From: Ptychomitrium polyphyllum
Lineage: Eukaryota
Length of the DNA: 64,000 bases
Assembly: GCA_973851085.1 (NCBI GenBank)
Contig: OZ316775.1
Coordinates: 1,054,001-1,118,000 of the forward strand
Direction of reading: 5' to 3'
Shown: positions 38,951 to 51,189 of the stretch, one piece after another
How the letters are laid out: each line of letters starts with the position of its first letter
Position numbering within the stretch: position 1 is the first letter of the stretch
Translations under genes and position numbers: made by a program
The notes under the pieces: model-generated
Told to the model about the DNA's origin: nothing
Databases searched by the model: none
What the model saw: only the letters and a program-made list of their open reading frames with translations

Positions 38951-41900
38951 CCAAATTGGTGAATTGAAGGGCTTTATCAATTGCATCTATCAGGGTGTTC
39001 ATCCTTGCAGCAACTTCCACATCAAATTGGAGAATTCAAGGGCCTTACAGAATTGGATCTATCAGGGTGCTCATCCCTGCAGCAACTTCCACACCAAATT
39101 GGAGAATTGAAGGGCCTTATGCACTTGCATCTATCAGGGTGATCATCCTTGGAGCAACATCCACACCAAATTGGAGAATTGAAGGGCTTTATCAATTGCA
39201 TCTATCAGGGTGTTCATCCTTGCAGCAACTTCCACATCAAATTGGAGAATTCAAGGCCCTTACAGAATTGAATCTAAATGGGTGTTCATCCTTGCAGCAA
39301 CATCCACACCAAATTGGAGAATTGAAGGGCCTTATGCACTTGCATCTATCAGGGTGTTCATCCTTGTAGCAACTTCCACATCAAATTGGAGAATTGAAGG
39401 CCCTTACAGAATTGAATCTAAATGGGTGTTCATCCTTGCAGCAACATCCACACCAAATTGGAGAATTGAAGAGCCTTATGCACTTGCATCTATCATGGTG
39501 TTCATCCTTGCAGCAACTTCCACACCAAATTGGAGAATTGAAGGGCCTTATGCACTTGCATCTATCAGGGTGTTTATCCTTGCAGCAACTTCCACATCAA
39601 AATTGACAATTGAAGGGCCTTACAGAATTGGATCTATCAGGGTGATCATCCTTGCAGCAACTTGCACATCAAATTGGAGAATTAAAGGCCCTCACAGAAT
39701 TGAATCTAAATGGGTGTTCATCCTTGCAGCAACATCCATACCAAATTGGAGAATTGAAGGCCCTTACAGAATTGGATCTATTAGGGTGCTCATCCCTGCA
39801 GCAACTTCCACATCAAATTGGAGAATTGAAGGGCCTTATGCACTTGCATCTATCAGGGTGTTCATCCTTGCAGCAACTTCCACATCAAATTGGAGAATTG
39901 AAGGCCCTTACAGAATTGGCTCTATCAGGGTGTTCATCCTTGCAGCAACATCCACACCAAATTGGAGAATTGAAGGGCCTTATGCACTTGAATCTATCAG
40001 GGTGTTCATCCTTCCAGCAACATCCACAACAAATTGGAGAGTTGAAGGGCCTTATGCACTTGCATCTATCAGGGTGTTCATCCTTGCAGCAACTTCGACA
40101 TCAAATTGGAGAATTGAAGGCCCTTACAGAATTGGCTCTATCAGGGTGTTCATCCTTGCAGCAACATCCACACCAAATTGGAGAATTGAAGGGCCTTGTG
40201 CACTTGAATCTATCAGGGTGTTCATCCTTGCAGCAACTTGCACACCAATTTGGAGAATTGAAGGGCCTTACAAAATTGGACCTATCAGGGTGCTCATCCT
40301 TGCAGCAACATCCACACCAAATTGGAGAATTGAAGGGCCTTATGCACTTGCATCTATCAGGGTGTTCATCCTTGCAGCAACTTCCACACCAAATTGGAGG
40401 GGTGAAGACCTAACAGAGTTGCATCTATCAGGGTGTTCATCCTTGCAGCAACTTCCACACCAAATTGGAGAATTGAAGGGCCTTATGCACTTGCATCTAT
40501 CAGGGTGTTTATCCTTGCAGCAACTTCCACATCAAAATTGACAATTGAAGGGCCTTACAGAATTGGATCTATCAGGGTGATCATCCTTGCAGCAACTTGC
40601 ACATCAAATTGGAGAATTAAAGGCCCTCACAGAATTGAATCTAAATGGGTGTTCATCCTTGCAGCAACATCCATACCAAATTGGAGAATTGAAGGCCCTT
40701 ACAGAATTGGATCTATTAGGGTGCTCATCCCTGCAGCAACTTCCACATCAAATTGGAGAATTGAAGGGCCTTATGCACTTGCATCTATCAGGGTGTTCAT
40801 CCTTGCAGCAACTTCCACATCAAATTGGAGAATTGAAGGCCCTTACAGAATTGGCTCTATCAGGGTGTTCATCCTTGCAGCAACTTGCACACCAATTTGG
40901 AGAATTGAAGGGCCTTACAAAATTGGACCTATCAGGGTGCTCATCCTTGCAGCAACATCCACACCAAATAGGAGAATTGAAGGGCCTCATGCACTTGCAT
41001 CTATCAGGGTGTTCATCCTTGCAGCAACTTCCACACCAAATTGGAGAATTGAAGGGCCTTATGCACTTGCATCTATCAGAGTGTTCATTCCTCTAGCAAC
41101 TTCCACATCAAAATTGACAATTGAAGGGCCTTACAGAATTTGATCTATCAGACTGATCATCCTTGCAGCAACTTCCACACCAAATTGGAGAATTGAAGGC
41201 CCTTACAGAATTGGATCTATCAGGATGTTCATCTTTGCAGAACTTCCACACCAAATTGGAGAGTTGAAGGGCCTTATGCACTTGCATCTATCAGGGTGTT
41301 CATCCTTCCAGCATCTTCCACATCAAATTCGAGAATTGAAGGCCCTTATAGAATTGCATCTAAATGGGTATTCATCCTTGCAGCAACTTCCACACCAAAT
41401 TGGAGAATTGAAGGGCCTTATGCACTTGCATCTATCAGAGTGTTCATCCTTGCAGCAACTTCCACATCAAATTCGAGAATTGAAGGCCCTTTTAGAATTG
41501 CATCTAAATGGGTATTCATCCTTGCAGCAACTTCCACACCAAATTGGAGAATTGAAGGGCCTTATGCACTTGCAGCTATCAGGACGTTCATCCTTCGAGC
41601 AACTTCCACATCAAAATTGACAATTGAAGGGCCTTACAGAATTGGATCTATCAGGGTGCTCATCCCTGCAGCAACATCCACACCAAATTGGAGAATTGAA
41701 GGGCCTTATGCACTTGCATCTATGAGGGTGTTCATCCTTGTAGCAACTTCCACATCAAAATAGACAATTGAAGGGCCTTACAGAATTTGATCTATCAGAC
41801 TGATCATCCTTGCAGCAACTTCCACACGAAATTGGAGAATTGAAGGCCCTTCCAGAATTGGATCTATCAGGGTGCTCATCCTTGCAGCAACTTCCACACC

Positions 41901-44900
41901 AAATTGGAGAGGTGAAGGGCCTTATGCACTGGCATCTACTAGGGTGTTCATCCTTGCAGCAACATCCACACCAAATTGGAGAATTGAAGGGCCTTATGCA
42001 CTTGCATCTATCAGGGTGTTCATCCTTGTAGCAACTTCCACATCAAATTGGAGAATTGAAGGCCCTTACAGAATTGAATCTAAATGGGTGTTCATCCTTG
42101 CAGCAACATCCACACCAAATTGGAGAATTGAAACGCCTTACGCACTTGCATCTATGAGGGTGTTCATCCTTGCAGCAACATCCACACCAAATTAGAGAAT
42201 TGAAGGGCCTTATGCACTTGCATCTATCAGGGTGATCATCGTTGTAGCAACTTCCACATCAAATTGGAGAATTGAAGGCCCTTACAGAATTGAATCTTAA
42301 TGGGTGTTCATCCTTGCAGCAACATCCACACCAAATTGGAGAGTTGAAGGGCCTTATGAACTTGCATCTATCAGGGTGTTCATCCTTCTCGCAACTTCCA
42401 CATCAAAATTGACAATTGAAGGGCCTTACAGAATTTGATCTATCAGACTGATCATCCTTGCAGCAACATCCACACCAAATTGGAGAACTGAAGGGCTTTA
42501 TCAATTGCATCTATCAGGGTGTTCATCCTTGCAGCAACTTCCACAACAAATTGGAGAATTGAAGGACCTTATGCACTTTCATCTATTAGGGTGTTCATCC
42601 TTGCAGCAACTTCCACATCAAATTGGAGAATTGAAGGCCCTTACAGAATTGAATCTTAATGGGTGTTCATCCTAGCAGCAACATCCACACCAAATTGGAG
42701 AAATGAATGGCCTTATGCACTTGCATCTATCAGATTGATCATCCTTGGAGCAACATCCACACCAAATTGGAGAATTGAAGGGCTTTATCAATTGCATCTA
42801 TCAGGGTGTTCATCCTTGCAGCAACTTCCACATCAAATTGGAGAATTCAAGGGCCTTACAGAATTGGATCTATCAGGGTGCTCATCCCTGCAGCAACTTC
42901 CACACCAAATTGGAGAATTGAAGGGCCTTATGCACTTGCATCTATCAGGGTGATCATCCTTGGAGCAACATCCACACCAAATTGGAGAATTGAAGGGCTT
43001 TATCAATTGCATCTATCAGGGTGTTCATCCTTGCAGCAACTTCCACATCAAATTGGAGAATTCAAGGCCCTTACAGAATTGAATCCAAATGGGTGTTCAT
43101 CCTTGCAGCAACATCCACACCAAATTGGAGAATTGAAGGGCCTTATGCACTTGCATCTATGAGGGTGTTCATCCTTGTAGCAACTTCCACATCAAATTGG
43201 AGAATTGAAGGCCCTTACAGAATTGAATCTTAATGGGTGTTCATCCTAGCAGCAACATCCACACCAAATTGGAGAAATGAATGGCCTTATGCACTTGCAT
43301 CTATCAGATTGATCATCCTTGGAGCAACATCCACACCAAATTGGAGAATTGAAGGGCTTTATCAATTGCATCTATCAGGGTGTTCATCCTTGCAGCAACT
43401 TCCACATCAAATTGGAGAATTCAAGGGCCTTACAGAATTGGATCTATCAGGGTGCTCATCCCTGCAGCAACTTCCACACCAAATTGGAGAATTGAAGGGC
43501 CTTATGCACTTGCATCTATCAGGGTGATCATCCTTGGAGCAACATCCACACCAAATTTGAGAATTGAAGGGCTTTATCAATTGCATCTATCAGGGTGTTC
43601 ATCCTTGCAGCAACTTCCACATCAAATTGGAGAATTCAAGGCCCTTACAGAATTGAATCCAAATGGGTGTTCATCCTTGCAGCAACATCCACACCAAATT
43701 GGAGAATTGAAGGGCCTTATGCACTTGCATCTATCATGGTGTTCATCCTTGCAGCAACTTCCACATCAAAATTGACAATTGAAGGGCCTTACAGAATTGG
43801 ATCTATCAGGGTGCTCATCCCTACAGCAACTTCCACACCAAATTGGAGAATTAAAGGCCCTCACAGAATTGAATCTAAATGGGTGTTCATCCTTGCAGCA
43901 ACATCCATACCAAATTGGAGAATTGAAGGCCCTTACAGAATTGGATCTATTAGGGTGCTCATCCCTGCAGCAACTTCCACATCAAATTGGAGAATTGAAG
44001 GGCCTTATGCACTTGCATCTATCAGGGTGTTCATCCTTGCAGCAACTTCCACATCAAATTGGAGAATTGAAGGCCCTTACAGAATTGGCTCTATCAGGGT
44101 GTTCATCCTTGCAGCAACTTGCACACCAATTTGGAGAATTGAAGGGCCTTACAAAATTGGACCTATCAGGGTGCTCATCCTTGCAGCAACATCCACACCA
44201 AATAGGAGAATTGAAGGGCCTCATGCACTTGCATCTATCAGGGTGTTCATCCTTGCAGCAACTTCCACACCAAATTGGAGAATTGAAGGGCCTTATGCAC
44301 TTGCATCTATCAGAGTGTTCATTCCTCTAGCAACTTCCACATCAAAATTGACAATTGAAGGGCCTTACAGAATTTGATCTATCAGACTGATCATCCTTGC
44401 AGCAACTTCCACACCAAATTGGAGAATTGAAGGCCCTTACAGAATTGGATCTATCAGGATGTTCATCTTTGCAGAACTTCCACACCAAATTGGAGAATTG
44501 AAGGGCCTTATGCACTTGCATCTATCAGGGTGTTCATCCTTGCAGCAACTTCCACATCAAATTGGAGAATTGAAGGCCCTTACAGAATTGGCTCTATCAG
44601 GGCGTTCATCCTTGCAGCAACATCCACACCAAATTGGAGAATTGAAGGGCCTTATGCACTTGAATCTATCAGGGTGTTCATCCTTCCAGCAACATCCACA
44701 ACAAATTGGAGAGTTGAAGGGCCTTATGCACTTGCATCTATCAGGGTGTTCATCCTTGCAGCAACTTCCACATCAAATTGGAGAATTGAAGGCCCTTACA
44801 GAATTGGCTCTATCAGGGTGTTCATCCTTGCAGCAACATCCACACCAAATTGGAGAATTGAAGGGCCTTGTGCACTTGAATCTATCAGGGTGTTCATCCT

Positions 44901-47900
44901 TGCAGCAACTTGCACACCAATTTGGAGAATTGAAGGGCCTTACAAAATTGGACCTATCAGGGTGCTCATCCTTGCAGCAACATCCACACCAAATTGGAGA
45001 ATTGAAGGGCCTTATGCACTTGCATCTATCAGGGTGTTCATCCTTGCAGCAACTTCCACACCAAATTGGAGGGGTGAAGACCTAACAGAGTTGCATCTAT
45101 CAGGGTGTTCATCCTTGCAGCAACTTCCACACCAAATTGGAGAATTGAAGGGCCTTATGCACTTGCATCTATCAGGGTGTTTATCCTTGCAGCAACTTCC
45201 ACATCAAAATTGACAATTGAAGGGCCTTACAGAATTGGATCTATCAGGGTGATCATCCTTGCAGCAACTTGCACATCAAATTGGAGAATTAAAGGCCCTC
45301 ACAGAATTGAATCTAAATGGGTGTTCATCCTTGCAGCAACATCCATACCAAATTGGAGAATTGAAGGCCCTTACAGAATTGGATCTATTAGGGTGCTCAT
45401 CCCTGCAGCAACTTCCACATCAAATTGGAGAATTGAAGGGCCTTATGCACTTGCATCTATCAGGGTGTTCATCCTTGCAGCAACTTCCACATCAAATTGG
45501 AGAATTGAAGGCCCTTACAGAATTGGCTCTATCAGGGTGTTCATCCTTGCAGCAACTTGCACACCAATTTGGAGAATTGAAGGGCCTTACAAAATTGGAC
45601 CTATCAGGGTGCTCATCCTTGCAGCAACATCCACACCAAATTGGAGAATTGAAGGGCCTCATGCACTTGCATCTATCAGGGTGTTCATCCTTGCAGCAAC
45701 TTCCACACCAAATTGGAGAATTGAAGGGCCTTATGCACTTGCATCTATCAGAGTGTTCATTCTTCTAGCAACTTCCACATCAAAATTGACAATTGAAGGG
45801 CCTTACAGAATTCGATCTATCAGACTGATCATCCTTGCAGCAACTTCCACACCAAATTGGAGAATTGAAGGCCCTTACAGAATTGGATCTATCAGGGTGT
45901 TCATCTTTGCAGAACTTCCACACCAAATTGGAGAGTTGAAGGGCCTTATGCACTTGCATCTATCAGGGTGTTCATCCTTCCAGCATCTTCCACATCAAAT
46001 TCGAGAGTTGAAGGCCCTTTTAGAATTGCATCTAAATGGGTATTCATCCTTGCAGCAACTTCCACACCAAATTGGAGAATTGAAGGGCCTTATGCACTTG
46101 CAGCTATCAGGACGTTCATCCTTCGAGCAACTTCCACATCAAAATTGACAATTGAAGGGCCTTACAGAATTGGATCTATCAGGGTGCTCATCCCTGCAGC
46201 AACATCCACACCAAATTGGAGAATTGAAGGGCCTTATGCACTTGCATCTATGAGGGTGTTCATCCTTGTAGCAACTTCCACATCAAAATAGACAATTGAA
46301 GGGCCTTACAGAATTTGATCTATCAGACTGATCATCCTTGCAGCAACTTCCACACGAAATTGGAGAATTGAAGGCCCTTCCAGAATTGGATCTATCAGGG
46401 TGCTCATCCTTGCAGCAACTTCCACACCAAATTGGAGAGGTGAAGGGCCTTATGCACTGGCATCTATTAGGGTGTTCATCCTTGCAGCAACATCCACACC
46501 AAATTGGAGAATTGAAGGGCCTTATGCACTTGCATCTATCAGGGTGTTCATCCTTGTAGCAACTTCCACATCAAATTAGAGAATTGAAGGCCCTTACAGA
46601 ATTGAATCTAAATGGGTGTTCATCCTTGCAGCAACATCCACACCAAATTGGAGAATTGAAACGCCTTATGCACTTGCATCTATGAGGGTGTTCATCCTTG
46701 CAGCAACATCCACACCAAATTGGAGAATTGAAGGGCCTTATGCACTTGCATCTATCAGGGTGATCATTGTTGTAGCAACTTCCACATCAAATTGGAGAAT
46801 TGAAGGCCCTTACAGAATTGAATCTATGAGGGTGTTCATCCTTGCAGCAACATCCACACCAAATTGGAGAATTGAAGGGCCTTATGAACTTGCATCTATC
46901 AGGGTGTTCATCCTTCTCGCAACTTCCACATCAAAATTGACAATTGAAGGGCCTTACAGAATTTGATCTATCAGACTGATCATCCTTGCAGCAACTTCCA
47001 CACCAAATTGGAGAATTGAAGGCCCTTACAGAATTGGATCTATCAGGGTGTTCATCTTTGCAGAACTTCCACACCAAATTGGAGAGTTGAAGGGCCTTAT
47101 GCACTTGCATCTATCAGGGTGTTCATCCTTCCAGCATCTTCCACATCAAATTCGAGAATTGAAGGCCCTTTTAGAATTGCATCTAAATGGGTATTCATCC
47201 TTGCATTAACTTCCACACCAAATTGGAGAATTGAAGGGCCTTATGCACTTGAATCTATCAGGGTTTTCATCCTTCCAGCAACTTCCACACCAAATTGGAG
47301 TGTTGAAGGCCCTTATGCACTTGCATCAATCAGGGTAATCATCCTTGGAGCAACTTGCACATCAAATTCAAGAATTGAAGGCCCTTACAAAATTGGACCT
47401 ATCAGGGTGCTCATCCTTGCAGCAACATCCACACCAAATTGGAGAACTGAAGGGCCTTATGCACTTGCATCTATCAGGGTGTTCATCCTTGCAACAACTT
47501 CCACATCAAATTGGAGAATTGAAGGCCCTTACAGAATCGGATCTCTCAGGGTGTTCATCCTTGCAGCAACATCCACACCAAATTGGAGAATTGAAGGGCC
47601 TTGTGCACTTGAATCTATCAGGGTGTTCATCCTTGCAGCAACTTGCACACCAATTTGGAGAATTGAAAGGCCTTACAAAATTGGACCTATCAGGGTGCTC
47701 ATCCTTGCAGCAACATCCACACCAAATTGGAGAATTGAAGGGCCTCATGCACTTGCATCTATCAAGGTGTTCTTCCTTGCACCAACTTCCACACCAAATT
47801 GGAGAATTGAAGGGCCTTATGCACTTGCATCTATCAGGGTGTTCATCCTTGCAGCAACTTCCACATCAAATTGGAGAATTGAAGGCCCTTATAGAATTGG

Positions 47901-50900
47901 CTCTATCAGGGTGTTCATCCTTGCAGCAACATCCACACCAAATTGGAGAATTGAAGGGCCTTATGCACTTGAATCTATCAGGGTTTTCATCCTTCCAGCA
48001 ACTTCCACACCAAATTGGAGTGTTGAAGGCCCTTATGCACTTGCATCAATCAGGGTAATCATCCTTGGAGCAACTTGCACATCAAATTCAAGAATTGAAG
48101 GCCCTTACAAATTGGACCTATCAGGGTCCTCATCCTTGCAGCAACATCCACACCAAATTGGAGAACTGAAGGGCCTTATGCACTTGCATCTATCAGGGTG
48201 TTCATCCTTGCAGCAACTTCCACATCAAATTGGAGAATTGAAGGCCCTTATGCACTTGCATCTATCAGGGTGTTCATCCTTGCAGCAACATCCACACCAA
48301 ATTGGAGAATTGAAGGGCCTTGTGCACTTGAATCTATCAGGGTGTTCATCCTTGCAGCAACTTGCACACCAATTTGGAGAATTGAAGGGCCTTACAAAAT
48401 TGGACCTATCAGGGTGCTCATCCTTGCAGCAACATCCACACCAAATTGGAGAATTGAAGGGCCTTATGCACTTGCATCTATCAGGGTGTTCATCCTTGTA
48501 GCAACTTCCACACCAAATTGGAGGGGTGAAGACCTAACAGAGTTGCATCTATCAGGGTGTTCATCCTTGCAGCAACTTCCACACCAAATTGGAGAATTGA
48601 AGGGCCTTATGCACTTGCATCTATCAGGGTGTTTATCCTTGCAGCAACTTCCACATCAAAATTGACAATTGAAGGGCCTTACAGAATTGGATCTATCAGG
48701 GTGATCATCCTTGCAGCAACTTGCACATCAAATTGGAGAATTAAAGGCCCTCACAGAATTGAATCTAAATGGGTGTTCATCCTTGCAGCAACATCCATAC
48801 CAAATTGGAGAATTGAAGGCCCTTACTGAATTGGATCTATTAGGGTGCTCATCCCTGCAGCAACTTCCACATCAAATTGGAGAACTGAAGGGCCTTATGC
48901 ACTTGCATCTATCAGGGTGTTCATCCTTGCAGCATATTCCACATCAAATTCGAGAATTGAAGGCCCTTACTGAATTGCATCTATCAGGGTATTCATCCTT
49001 GCAGCAACATCCATACCAAATTGGAGAATTGAAGGGCCTTAAGCACTTGCATCTATCAGGGTGTTTATCCTTGCAGCAACTTCCACACTAAAATTGACAA
49101 TTGAAGGGCCTTACAGAATTGGATCTATCAGGGTGATCATCCTTGCAGCAACTTCCACATCAAATTGGAGAATTGAAGGCCGTTACAGAATTGGATCTAT
49201 TAGGGTGCTCATCCCTGCAGCAACTTCCACACCAAATTGGAGAATTCAAGGCCCTTATGCACTTGCATCTATTAGGGTGTTCATCCTTGCAGCAACTTCC
49301 ACACCAAATTGGAGAATTGAAGGCCCTTACAGAATTGAATCTATCAGGGTGTTCATCCTTGCAGCAACATCTACACCAAATTGGAGAATTGAAGGGCCTT
49401 ATGCACTTGAATCTATCAGGATGTTCATCCTTCCAGCAACATCCACACCAAATTGGAGAGTTGAAGGGCCTTACATAATTGCATCAATCAGGGTATTCAT
49501 CCTTGCAGCAACTTCCACACCAAATTGGAGAGGTGAAGACCTAACATAGTTGCATCTATCAGGGTGTTCATCCTTCCAGCAACTTCTACACCAAATTAAG
49601 GAATTGAAGGGCCTTACAGAATTGGATCTAAATGGGTGTTCATTCTTGCAGCAACATCCACACCAAATTGGAGAATTGAAGGCCCTTATATACTTGCATC
49701 AATCAGGGTATTCATCCTTGCAACAACTTCCACACCAAATTGGAGAATTGAAGGCCCTTACGCACTTGGATCTATCAAAGTGTTCATCCCTTGCAGCAAC
49801 TTCCACAACAAATTGGAGAATTGAAGGCCCTTACGTACTTGCATCTATCAGAGTGTTCATCCCTGCAGCAACTTCCACAACAAATTGGAGAATTGAAGGC
49901 CCTTAGATGCTTGCGTCTATTAAGGTATTTATCCTTGCAATAACTTCTAGAACACATTCGAGAATTGAACGCCCTTTTGCACTTGCATCTATCAGGGTGT
50001 TCATCCTTGCAGCAACTTCCACAACAAATTGGAAAATAGAGGCCCTTAAGCGCTTGCATCTATCAGGGTGTTCATCCTTGCAGCAACTTCCACACCAAAT
50101 TGGAAAATTGATGGCCCTTAAGCGTTTGCATCTATCAGGGTGTTCATCCTTGTAGCAACTTCCACACCAAATAGGAGAATTGCAGGCCCTTAGAGAATTG
50201 GATCTATCAGAATGTTCATCCTTGCAGCAACTTCTACAACAAATTGGAGAATTGAAGGCCCTTACAGAATTGGATCTATCGGGGTGTTCATCCTTGCAGC
50301 AACTTCCACAACAAACTCGAGAATTGAAAGCCCTTAGATGCTTGCGTCTATTAAGGTGTTCATCCTTGCAACAACTTACACACCAAATTGGAGAATTGAA
50401 GGCCCTTACATACTTGCATCTATCAGAGTGTTCATCCTTGCAGCAACTTCCACAACAAATTGGAGAATTGAAGGCCCTTACACACTTGAGACTATTACGG
50501 TGTTCATCTTTGTAGCAACTTCCACACCAAATTGGAGAATTGAAGACCTTTACGCACTTGGATCTATCACGGTGTTCATCCTTGCAGCAATTCCACAGCA
50601 AATTCGGGAATTGAAGGCCCTTACGCACTTGAATCTATCACGGTGTTCACCCTTGGAGCAACTTCTACAACAAATTGGAGAATTGAAGGCCCTTATGCAC
50701 TTGGATCTATCAAAGTGTTCAGCCTTACAGCAGTTCCCTCAGCAAATTGGGAAATTGAAGGCCCTTACATACTTGAGACTATCACGTTGTTCATCCTAGC
50801 AGCAACTACCATAGCAAATTTAAGAATTGAAGGCCCTTATATATTGGAGATTGTTAGGATGTTTATCTTTGCAACAACTTCCACAGCAAATTCGAGAAGT

Positions 50901-51189
50901 AAAAGCTTTTATGCACTTGGATCTATCAAAGTGTTCATCCTTGCAATAGCTTCCATAACAAATTGGAGAATCAAAGGCCTTTATGCATTTTGACCTATCA
51001 GGGTGCTTATCTTTACAACAACTTCCATACCAAATTGAAGAGCTGAAGGCTCTTATAAACTTGGATCTGTTGAGGGTGTTCATCTTTGTAGCAACCTCTA
51101 CAACAAATTGGGGAGTTGAAGACTTTCACGCACTTGAATGTAAATGAATTTGTATACTTGCAGCACCTTCTATAGGAGATTAAGATTAC

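Larger units (their letters stand above)
12879..51185 (+). repeat. Tandem array of 72-bp LRR-encoding units, about 38.3 kb, about 530 units
   Basis: The unit (e.g. ...CTATCAGGGTGTTCATCCTTGCAGCAACTTCCACACCAAATTGGAGAATTGAAGGCC...) recurs head-to-tail on one strand throughout. I saw no unrelated insert. The count is length divided by 72. Confidence 0.98.
14733..51185 (+). pseudogene. Non-coding continuation of the NLR LRR region (about 505 degenerate LRR units with in-frame stops and some 1-nt indels)
   Basis: The LRR frame is broken by recurrent CAA AAT TGA (HQN*), GGG TGA, TTG TAG and CTA TGA codons. The longest LRR-frame ORFs in the track are 253 aa (39652-40413) and 237 aa (47345-48058). 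Confidence 0.85.

Noticed and set aside
16300..49100. Splicing out of stop-bearing units (CTGAC/TTGAC branch-like motif before CTTACAG; AGG/GT donors), as in exon-shuffled LRR genes
   Set aside because: The obvious donor is phase 2 and the acceptors are phase 1 in the LRR frame. The shortest intron would be 56 nt and not AT-rich. Unsupported without transcript data.
15504..51083. Cys-rich minus-strand ORFs ([17 protein letters not shown]...)
   Set aside because: Antisense shadows of the LRR unit with no independent gene structure.
12879..51185. CRISPR-like appearance (constant repeat plus short variable part)
   Set aside because: Eukaryotic context, no cas genes, and the variable parts are recurrent LRR codons rather than unique spacers.
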